A stretch of DNA of 16,032 nucleotides from Candidatus Fraserbacteria bacterium (GTDB lineage: Bacteria > Bipolaricaulota > Bipolaricaulia > RBG-16-55-9): NCBI GenBank assembly GCA_037443265.1, contig JBBIOR010000031.1, forward strand, positions 1-16,032, read 5' to 3'. The notes beneath the pieces are model-generated. The model saw nothing but the letters and a program-made list of their open reading frames with translations, was not told the DNA's origin and did not search any database. The translations under genes were made by a program, and so were the position numbers. Below, piece after piece: positions 1 to 8,323 of this stretch; within the stretch, counting starts at the first letter, position 1; every line of letters starts with the position of its first letter.

Positions 1-13
1 ATCCCGGGTGTGA

Positions 14-166
14 TCAGGGTTCGATCACTACCCCTCCGCCACCTCCAGTCAGCCCACCCAGCGCCATCAACCCGGTCCCGACTCCCATGGCCCGAAGCAC
101 CTTTCTACGTGTGAGTCCTCCCCGACCTTCCTTGACCTCTTCGTATGATTCCTTGCCGCAACACAG
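14..166 (-). pseudogene. Internally deleted paralog of the Tat-lipoprotein precursor: signal peptide fused directly to the C-terminal GGGGGVVIEP tail
   Basis: Reads (L)CCGKESYEEVKEGRGGLTRRKVLRAMGVGTGLMALGGLT-GGGGGVVIEP*. The first part matches the N-terminus encoded at 3022-3140 and the end matches the C-terminus at 2286-2318. CTG at 166-164 stands where the full copy has ATG; AGGAGG RBS at 182-177; the lipobox Cys is absent. Confidence 0.8.
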
Positions 167-218
167 TTTTCTTGTACCTCCTTCTTTGGCGAACTTCAAG
201 TCCACCTGTAAGGTAAGG
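48..218. repeat. Direct repeat, copy 2 of 3022-3190 (5' UTR, RBS and Tat signal coding region)
   Basis: 48-166 aligns ungapped with 3022-3140 with 9 mismatches in 119 nt by manual count. Similarity continues through ACTTCAAGTCCACC and TAAGG x2 (209-218). Confidence 0.95.
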
Positions 219-264
219 TGGGGTCGTGACCAAATTCGCTTTATATCAGCTCTTCTAGGAACGA

Positions 265-573
265 TCAGGTTTGCTCCAATCTCTGCATGCGCTTGCTGAG
301 CCACCTTCTTATGATCACTAATAAGGGAATATCCAGCAAGTTAAGAGCGACGAGGATGACCAACATGAGGGCTACCGTGCGCTGTTCGCTGGAGACAGCT
401 AGCAGCATGGCAAGCACTAACGCGATCCAGGCATTGATGAAAGCAAGTGGCTTCCAGCGGAAGAGGGCGAGAGCGAAGAGAAACTCAAGGATGATCCCCA
501 GGGTTAGCAAGGTCACTACTCCTCCCATGGAACTCAAGAAGGCTTCGATAGCTTCTACGATCCCGATTGGCAT
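265..573 (-). CDS. Small membrane protein (about 3 TM helices), candidate immunity protein
   Basis: 102 aa, three hydrophobic stretches and a basic C-terminus (RRWLSKR). Starts 3 nt after the stop of the upstream ORF. The immunity role is inferred from position only. Confidence 0.7.
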   Translation of the reverse strand: MPIGIVEAIEAFLSSMGGVVTLLTLGIILEFLFALALFRWKPLAFINAWIALVLAMLLAVSSEQRTVALMLVILVALNLLDIPLLVIIRRWLSKRMQRLEQT

Positions 574-576
574 GGG

Positions 577-945
577 CTATCTCTTTGCATCTCCTTCCAA
601 GAGGTTCTCCGGCGGAGAGAGCTTCAAGGGTCGGTAGAGCCTCTTAATGAGCACAGCTAGAACCTGTAGGGTGCCAAGAACGATGAGGATAACAGCAACC
701 ACAGGATGGCCGTCCTTAAAGGCCATCATAATGCCAATGGCTAAGCCCAGCCAGGACACGATTAACATCTCCAAGGGATAGAATCTGAGGGAGCGTGCTA
801 TCTTGGGATAACGTGCGATATTTCGAAAGTTCTTGCTCCAATCTATGAGGAAAATACCGCAAAAAGCCGCCACGGCTTGGATGAGGCCTATCCCGAGGAG
901 AAACCATCCATCTACCGAGGAACCCCAAAAACTCGTCAGCTCCAT
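577..945 (-). CDS. Small membrane protein (about 3 TM helices), candidate immunity protein
   Basis: 122 aa with three hydrophobic segments. Its strong RBS (TAGGAGGG) overlaps the TAG stop of the Cys-rich ORF 958-1500, which suggests translational coupling. Confidence 0.75.
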   Translation of the reverse strand: MELTSFWGSSVDGWFLLGIGLIQAVAAFCGIFLIDWSKNFRNIARYPKIARSLRFYPLEMLIVSWLGLAIGIMMAFKDGHPVVAVILIVLGTLQVLAVLIKRLYRPLKLSPPENLLEGDAKR

Positions 946-957
946 CTTGAATCCCTC

Positions 958-1500
958 CTAAGGTGCAGGACAATCAGCGGATGATGGATTGCAAGGTGGT
1001 GGAGGATTCCCTCCAGAATCACTACCCCCAGTACCACATCTGCCACAGGCACGTGCTGTAAAGTACGTCTCCGCCAGCAGGAAAAAGACACCGACCAAAC
1101 ATCCCGCTAATCCTGTAAGGCAAGCCGCACCAGTGCGCCAGGCACCATAGTAATGTCCTGCTGTACCAATCCCACACGCAACGCAGCTCTCTGCGTCTTG
1201 TGCAATGACACCCTGAGAAGAAGCAGTGCTAGGGAACAACTTGCCTGCTTGAACTACAAATTCTTTGTGCTGAATCAAGAGTTGATATAGTCTCTCACCC
1301 AGGGGCAAGAGTGGGGAGTCATCGATGCCCTTAAACAATTCAGCAAGCTGCTGAGCGCTCTGCTCGGAATCCGCACGAGTTACATCAACTTGCCTACCAT
1401 TCCAAGCTACGCTGACGCTATGTGCCGCGATCAATTCAGGATACCTAGTTTCCTCCTCACGATACCATTCAATCGTCCTTGCGGGATTCGGTTTTAGCAT
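958..1500 (-). CDS. Signal-less (probably 5'-truncated) precursor with a C-terminal Cys-rich peptide (tip 3)
   Basis: 180 aa. SSQGVIAQ junction, then a 79-aa tip with 8 Cys (CVAC...C-x6-C...CGRC plus a Gly/Pro tail). No Tat signal and no clear RBS; the ATG overlaps the stop of the orphan tip. Confidence 0.7.
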   Translation of the reverse strand: MLKPNPARTIEWYREEETRYPELIAAHSVSVAWNGRQVDVTRADSEQSAQQLAELFKGIDDSPLLPLGERLYQLLIQHKEFVVQAGKLFPSTASSQGVIAQDAESCVACGIGTAGHYYGAWRTGAACLTGLAGCLVGVFFLLAETYFTARACGRCGTGGSDSGGNPPPPCNPSSADCPAP

Positions 1501-1686
1501 TCATCCACCGCCACCATGATGGCACCAGCAGGGCCCACAACGGCGCCGCCGCAGCCGATACAGGAAACCCTAGTGGGTTCAGCTGCCACACGCTGAGCAG
1601 GCCACGCCAGCTGCGACTCCCGCGGCAACCGCCACCAGAATAGAGCCCAGACATCCCCAGAACCCCTGAGCACTCACGATAGTTTG
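1494..1686 (-). pseudogene. Orphan Cys-rich peptide tip (tip 2): no start codon, 1-nt frameshift
   Basis: Reads QTIVSAQ-GFWGCLGSILVAVAAGVAAGVACSAC. Removing one base at 1586-1587 continues it as AAEPTRVSCIGCGGAVVGPAGAIMVAVDEC* (TAA 1496-1494). The repaired peptide has symmetric Cys spacing and the same CAAxPxxxxC loop as tip 1. Confidence 0.7.
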
Positions 1687-1688
1687 AG

Positions 1689-2252
1689 CTAACGCTCTTC
1701 TTGATTCTTGACAAAACTCTTTACTATGAGACGAGGTGCGTTGAAGCCGTACACGCTCCAGGCAGCTGCCGTCATCGGTGGCAGGACCAAGGCCAAGGCC
1801 GTCTTGAGAAGCGGATCTTTGATGGATGGATACAGCGAGCACGTGAGATTGTTCCCAATGGTGGCACCTGTCCAGCCAAAAAGGTAAGCCAATCCCCAAT
1901 CCCCATAGATACCTTGGCGGATGGTTGTAAGATACACGAGGGTCGGTATGTTGAATACTGGCAAGAATATCTCATGCCTCGGGCGGATCTCATGCAGTAG
2001 GGTGCCTGACTTGCACCAGTCGTCAGGGGTCTCCACGAGAGAATTTAAACGTCCTGTGGCAAGTAGGAACCCAATTCCTGTGACAAAGTCTACCGCGACA
2101 GTAGCGAGCAGCTGCTCTTGTCCTTCAGAAGTGAGCCATATATCCCAAGGCCACCCTGATCCTTCTGCCTCAACTCCCCATAAAGTCGCCATTGTCACCA
2201 TCAAGAAAAGAATCATCATGCAGGATCCCAACTTACTCCTCAAAATTCTCAT
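1689..2252 (-). CDS. Membrane protein with N-terminal signal/TM segment, candidate immunity protein for tip 1
   Basis: 187 aa; basic-hydrophobic N-terminus ending ..VEA, then several hydrophobic segments. AAGGAGGG lies upstream; the gene starts 33 nt downstream of the precursor stop. Confidence 0.75.
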   Translation of the reverse strand: MRILRSKLGSCMMILFLMVTMATLWGVEAEGSGWPWDIWLTSEGQEQLLATVAVDFVTGIGFLLATGRLNSLVETPDDWCKSGTLLHEIRPRHEIFLPVFNIPTLVYLTTIRQGIYGDWGLAYLFGWTGATIGNNLTCSLYPSIKDPLLKTALALVLPPMTAAAWSVYGFNAPRLIVKSFVKNQEER

Positions 2253-2285
2253 GGTGATAGCCTGCCCTCCTTCTTACTTCTTACC

Positions 2286-3140
2286 TCAAGGTTCAATGAC
2301 GACACCACCTCCGCCACCGCATCCACCGCACGCCACACAAGCAGCAAGGCAGACTGCAGCTGCGAATGCTAGAGCAGCCTGACAATCTGATGAATTCGGC
2401 CATGCAGCACATATTATGGCGGCAGTCACCGCTGCAGCGGCACAGATAGCAGCAGCTGTTGAGCAACTGACTTCTTGTGCTTCCACGATACCCTCAGAGC
2501 TTTCTTGCATGCCATCCGCGATTTCCTCGGCTTTGATTCTTAAGAGTTCTTGGCGTACATGCTGCACAAGACCGCCCTCTTTGAGAATGTGCGCTACCGC
2601 TTGTTTCCATCGTTCACTATTGTTAATGATCTGAAATGTGCCTTCAAGAACGCCTTTGAAATGGGATGGAAGTTTGGAGATTTAAAATTCCTCAATAAAT
2701 TGCTTTTGCAATTGATATGCGGCCTCCTTGTCGTAACTATTCCACTGGAGCTTCATATTGAACTCCTGAGATATGCCAACCTTATGTAGTTTATCAAGGG
2801 CTTCTAGTGTCCACTGCTTCGCCGAATTGATTTTGACCTTGATGAGTTTTTTCTGCAAATGGCCATTTCGAGACTGATATGCCCTTGCGAGCGTGTGGAA
2901 TACATCCTTCCACTGATCTTTAGTAGCTTGTAGAAGTTTCACCAGATCAGAGTGATTCCCCTGGGCCAGTAAGGTGCTACGACTATCTTCACCACTTCTG
3001 GCTGTCCAATCGACACATCCCGTCAGCCCACCCAGCGCCATCAACCCGGTCCCGACTCCCATGGCCCTAAGTACCTGCCTTCGTGTGAGTCCTCCCCGAC
3101 CTTCCTTGACCTCTTCGTATGGTTCCTTGCCACAGCACAT
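2286..3140 (-). pseudogene. Tat-exported lipoprotein precursor with C-terminal Cys-rich peptide (tip 1), interrupted by one in-frame TAA
   Basis: ORFs 2682-3140 and 2286-2567 share a frame, and the gap is open apart from TAA at 2684-2682 (..FIEEF*ISKLPSHFKGVLEG..), giving 284 codons. Tat motif TRRQVL, hydrophobic core, lipobox LTGC, junction SSEGIVEAQ, 62-aa Ala-rich tip with 8 Cys. RBS AGGAGG at 3154-3149. Confidence 0.8.
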
Positions 3141-3190
3141 GACTTCTACCTCCTCTGTGGGCAGACTTCAAGTCCACCGGTAAGGTAAGG
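3022..3190. repeat. Direct repeat, copy 1 (matches 48-218)
   Basis: Direct sequence comparison, as described for 48-218. Confidence 0.95.
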
Positions 3191-3215
3191 TAAGGTAAGG
3201 TAAGGTAAGGTAAGG
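3181..3215. repeat. Pentanucleotide microsatellite (TAAGG)7
   Basis: Seven perfect TAAGG units; the paralogous position (209-218) has two. Confidence 0.98.
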
Positions 3216-3241
3216 ATAACACAACTTTAAAGATTTGTCAA
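3213..3241 (-). promoter_or_regulatory. Sigma70-type promoter for the peptide locus
   Basis: TTGACA (3241-3236), 17-nt spacer ending in TGT (extended -10 TG), TATCCT (3218-3213). Confidence 0.75.
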
Positions 3242-3275
3242 GACCCTTAAAAATAGAGACAAGCCCACGCACAAA

Positions 3276-4232
3276 TTAGAGGTCGCGAACGATCTCCGTC
3301 CCCGCCTGTCCCTCTAACGCTTCTTTCGCCTGTTCCAACGACGCAATGATCGCCCGCTCCCCGCCGTTCTCTAAAAACAGAATGGCCGCCTCAATCTTCG
3401 GCCCCATGCTCCCCGGCGGAAATTCTCCAGATTGTAAATGGCGCTTGGCCTCCTCCAGAGTGAGCCTCTCCAGATCTAGCTGCTGCGGCGTTCCATAGCG
3501 AAGAGTCACCCGCTTGACGTCCGTTAAAATCAGAAGCACGTGGGCACCCAACGCGGTAGCCAAGCGCTCGGACGCCAAGTCTTTGTCAATGACGGCCTCA
3601 ACTCCCCGCAGCCGCCCGTTCTCCCGCACCACCGGCACACCCCCTCCCCCACAGGCAATGACCACATGCCCGGCCGCCACCAGCTTGTGAATGACCCTCC
3701 ACTCCACAATCTCGATGGGCCGAGGCGAAGGCACAACTCGACGATAAGCCCGAGGTCCTCTCCCCACTCTTTTGATCACATAGCCCCGGGTCCGCTGCAA
3801 CGGCTCAGCTTCACTTAAAGAATAAAACGGCCCGATGGGTTTCGTAGGCTCCAAAAAGGCGGGATCGCACGCATCGACGACGACTTGAGTGATGACCGTC
3901 ACGACGGGTTTATTAAGCCCTTCTGCCCCGAGGGCCTCTCCCAGCGCCTGCTGGAGCAGATAGCCGATCTGGCCTTGCGTCATCGCTCCACAGACATCCA
4001 AGGGCCAAGGAGGCACAAGCTCTTGGGCCTGCTCCTGTTGGATGAGCAGTTGTCCCACGTGCGGCCCGTTGCCGTGGGTCAGTACCACCCGCGCGCCGCT
4101 CCCCACCAGGCGGGCGATCTGCCGGCACGTTCGGGCGATGGCCGCCCTCTGCTCTTGCTCTCCCCCATGGCCAGACAAGAGGGCGTTGCCTCCCAAAGCG
4201 ATGACAATCGTCTGTGGCCTTCGGCTGTTCAT
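3276..4232 (-). CDS. arcC: Carbamate kinase
   Basis: Motifs VIALGGNAL, THGNGP(H)VG, TQGQIGY, PTKPIGPFY, RRVVPSPRP, GGGGVPV, EAVIDKD and GSMGPKIEAA; 318 aa. Confidence 0.95.
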   Translation of the reverse strand: MNSRRPQTIVIALGGNALLSGHGGEQEQRAAIARTCRQIARLVGSGARVVLTHGNGPHVGQLLIQQEQAQELVPPWPLDVCGAMTQGQIGYLLQQALGEALGAEGLNKPVVTVITQVVVDACDPAFLEPTKPIGPFYSLSEAEPLQRTRGYVIKRVGRGPRAYRRVVPSPRPIEIVEWRVIHKLVAAGHVVIACGGGGVPVVRENGRLRGVEAVIDKDLASERLATALGAHVLLILTDVKRVTLRYGTPQQLDLERLTLEEAKRHLQSGEFPPGSMGPKIEAAILFLENGGERAIIASLEQAKEALEGQAGTEIVRDL

Positions 4233-4243
4233 GCGAGAGATTT

Positions 4244-5641
4244 TTAGACGTGCTCGACTTTGATGAGATTGGTCGTCCCCGGCACGCCGAAGGGGACCCC
4301 GGCCGTGATGATCACGGCTGCGCCTTTGGGGAGACTCATGGCCTCGGCGGCCGCCTCGATCGAGCGCCGGAGCATGAGATCCGTGTCTTTAAAGAACTCA
4401 ATCTGGATCGGATAGACCCCCCAGACCAGCGCCAGCTTGTTCTTGACCTTCTCGGAGTAGGTTACGGCCAGGATGGGGATGCGCGGACGGAATTTCGCCA
4501 CGAGCTTGGCCGTCGAGCCGGAAGTCGTCGAAGGGATGATGGCCGCAGCTTCAATGCGCTCGGCAATCTGGCAGGCCGACTCTCCAATGGCTTCTGGCAC
4601 TGTCGCGTGCTGGCCACGATATTTGTGATAAACAGAGGGAGCCTGTTCGATGCGCTGGGCAATCGTGCTCATCACCCGCACGGCCTCGATGGGATATTTT
4701 CCGATGGCCGTCTCCTCCGAAAGCATGAGGGCATCGGCCCCGTCGAGGATGGCGTTGGCCACATCGGCCACCTCCGCGCGCGTCGGGGTGGGATGCTCCG
4801 TCATCGATTTGAGCATCTGTGTGGCGATGATCACGGGTTTTCCGGCGCGATTGCACCTCATCACGATCTCCTTCTGCACCAGGGGGACTTCCTCGATGGG
4901 CAACTCCACGCCCAAGTCCCCGCGGGCCACCATCACCCCATCGGCAGCGTGGATGATCAGGTCGATGTTCTTCACGGCTTCGCGCGTCTCGATCTTGGCG
5001 ATCACATCGATGTTCGAATCTTTCAAAAGAGCCCGCACTCGGTGTAGGTCATCGGCCCGCTGGACAAAGGAGACGGCCAGATAGTCCACCTCCAGCTCGG
5101 CCGCAAAGCGGACGTGCTCATCCTCCTGATCGCTTATGGGAATGACCACCCCCGGGACGCTCACGCGCTTGCGTTCTCCCAGCAGGCCACTATTCAGAAC
5201 CCGGCAGACGACTTCCGGGGAGCGCACTTCGACTACGCGCAGCCGAATCTCCCCGTTGGCCAGAAGCACTTCCATCCCCGGCTTGAGATAGTGCGAAACC
5301 CCCTGTTGATTGATGGAGATGCGCGTCTCATCTCCCAAGATGGGCTCCTCTGTGAGGACCAGCTCCTGGCCCGCCTGGAGCCGGATGGTTTCGCCCTTGA
5401 GATCGCCTGTGCGCAGCGCGTGGCCCGGCGTGTCCACCATGACGGCCACGGCCCGCTGGAAGGCTCTGGCCACCTGCCGCACCCGCTGGGCGAGCAGGCG
5501 GTGCTCCTCCCGCGCACCATGGGAGAGATTGATCCGAGCCACGTCCATCCCCGCTCGGATCATCTCAGCCAGCGTCGGCTCATCCCAGGAGGCCGGACCT
5601 AAGGTGACTACGATCTTAGTTCGCTTCATCACCAATCCCAT
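4244..5641 (-). CDS. pyk: Pyruvate kinase
   Basis: Motifs KRTKIVVTLGPAS, ARINLSHG, IAKIE, DGVMVARGDLGVE, ATQML.SM, PTRAEVADVANAILDGAD and GTTN. The start could also be the Met at 5629. Confidence 0.97.
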   Translation of the reverse strand: MGLVMKRTKIVVTLGPASWDEPTLAEMIRAGMDVARINLSHGAREEHRLLAQRVRQVARAFQRAVAVMVDTPGHALRTGDLKGETIRLQAGQELVLTEEPILGDETRISINQQGVSHYLKPGMEVLLANGEIRLRVVEVRSPEVVCRVLNSGLLGERKRVSVPGVVIPISDQEDEHVRFAAELEVDYLAVSFVQRADDLHRVRALLKDSNIDVIAKIETREAVKNIDLIIHAADGVMVARGDLGVELPIEEVPLVQKEIVMRCNRAGKPVIIATQMLKSMTEHPTPTRAEVADVANAILDGADALMLSEETAIGKYPIEAVRVMSTIAQRIEQAPSVYHKYRGQHATVPEAIGESACQIAERIEAAAIIPSTTSGSTAKLVAKFRPRIPILAVTYSEKVKNKLALVWGVYPIQIEFFKDTDLMLRRSIEAAAEAMSLPKGAAVIITAGVPFGVPGTTNLIKVEHV

Positions 5642-5666
5642 TTCGAGCCTCGCGAGCCACAGCCAA

Positions 5667-5695
5667 ACTATATTGAGGACTCCAGGCCCAGTCTA
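5667..5695 (-). promoter_or_regulatory. Possible sigma70 promoter for pyk-arcC
   Basis: TAGACT (5695-5690), 17 nt, TATAGT (5672-5667). Confidence 0.4.
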
Positions 5696-5734
5696 TCAAG
5701 TCTCTAAGACAAAGCAAGCGACTGATCGAGATCA

Positions 5735-5763
5735 TTGTCCGCGGTGGTGCGAACCCTTATCAT
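5735..5763 (+). promoter_or_regulatory. Possible sigma70 promoter for the sdh operon
   Basis: TTGTCC (5735-5740), 17 nt, TATCAT (5758-5763). Confidence 0.45.
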
Positions 5764-5807
5764 AGTCAAAGCTTTCAGCGTTCAACCATCAGCGGAGGTG
5801 GAATCTT

Positions 5808-6530
5808 GTGGCAGCTGCTCTAGCGGAGCGATTGCCCTGGTGGCTCTCGCCGGCGACCGTCTTTGTGGGGCTCAGCGCGTTTGTGGTCTATGCGACCTGG
5901 GCTGTGGTCTTTGGAGAGGGCACCCATCAGTTCGAGAATTATCTCTCGCCGTTCTATTCGCCCTATCTGGGAGGGCTGGGTCTCCCCTTCTCGCCCGCCA
6001 TTCTCATCATGTGGGTGCCTTTGGGCTTCCGCCTGACTTGTTATTACTATCGAAAAGCCTACTATCGTGCGTTCTTCTGGGATCCTCCCGCCTGCACCCG
6101 AGGGGAACTGCGCGGCGAGCAATATCACGGCGAGACGAGATTCCCGTTCCTCTTGCACAATTTACATCGCTACTTTCTCTACGGCGCCCTCGTCGTCTGG
6201 GTCTTCCTAGCCATCGATACCGTAAGGGCCTTCCTCTTCGACGGGCACTTCGGCATACGACTGGGCTCATTGATCTTTCTGGCCAACATCGTGCTGTTGG
6301 GACTCTATACGTTCTCTTGCCACTCCTGGCGCCATCTCATCGGAGGGAATCTCGATTGCTTTTCCTGCTCGACCGCCGCGAAGCTGAGGCATGGGGCTTG
6401 GCAGAGGGTGAGCCTGCTCAACAAGAATCACATGCTGTGGGCCTGGACGAGCCTCGGCTCCGTGTCCTTGGCGGATCTCTATGTGCGGCTTCTGGTGGCC
6501 GGGATCATCACGGACCCGAAGTTCATCTGA
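5808..6530 (+). CDS. Succinate dehydrogenase membrane anchor, mycobacterial Sdh1 (Rv0249c-like) type
   Basis: About 5 TM segments; motifs YLSPFYSP, RLTCYYYRKAYYRAF, NLHRYF, SCHSWRH and HMLWAW. GGAGG RBS before GTG; directly upstream of sdhA-sdhB. Confidence 0.85.
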   Translation: MAAALAERLPWWLSPATVFVGLSAFVVYATWAVVFGEGTHQFENYLSPFYSPYLGGLGLPFSPAILIMWVPLGFRLTCYYYRKAYYRAFFWDPPACTRGELRGEQYHGETRFPFLLHNLHRYFLYGALVVWVFLAIDTVRAFLFDGHFGIRLGSLIFLANIVLLGLYTFSCHSWRHLIGGNLDCFSCSTAAKLRHGAWQRVSLLNKNHMLWAWTSLGSVSLADLYVRLLVAGIITDPKFI

Positions 6531-6544
6531 TCTGAGGGTACGCT

Positions 6545-8315
<1,771 letters not shown>

Positions 8316-8323
<8 letters not shown>

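Noticed and set aside
167..304. N-terminal extension of ORF 14..304
   Set aside because: It runs through sequence homologous to the UTR/RBS of the full copy and overlaps the upstream gene; the homologous start is at 166.
1469..1899. ORFs 1469..1714 and 1579..1899 as real genes
   Set aside because: Both start inside the 187-aa gene without an RBS. Only the last ~35 codons of 1579..1899 are meaningful, as the first half of tip 2.
958..2474. Cys-rich tips as sactipeptide, ranthipeptide, lanthipeptide or thiopeptide precursors
   Set aside because: No radical SAM, LanB/C/M or YcaO gene is in the window, and Cys residues occur on both arms symmetrically, which fits disulfides better. A modifying enzyme beyond the left edge cannot be excluded.
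2682..2684. Selenocysteine or pyrrolysine recoding of the internal stop
   Set aside because: The codon is TAA, not TGA or TAG.
48..3190. Flanking direct repeats as IS or prophage attachment sites
   Set aside because: The repeats are duplicated gene 5' ends; no transposase, integrase or terminal inverted repeats were seen.
3181..3215. TAAGG repeats as a CRISPR array or telomere-like repeat
   Set aside because: The 5-nt units have no spacers and no cas genes are nearby; this is a simple microsatellite.
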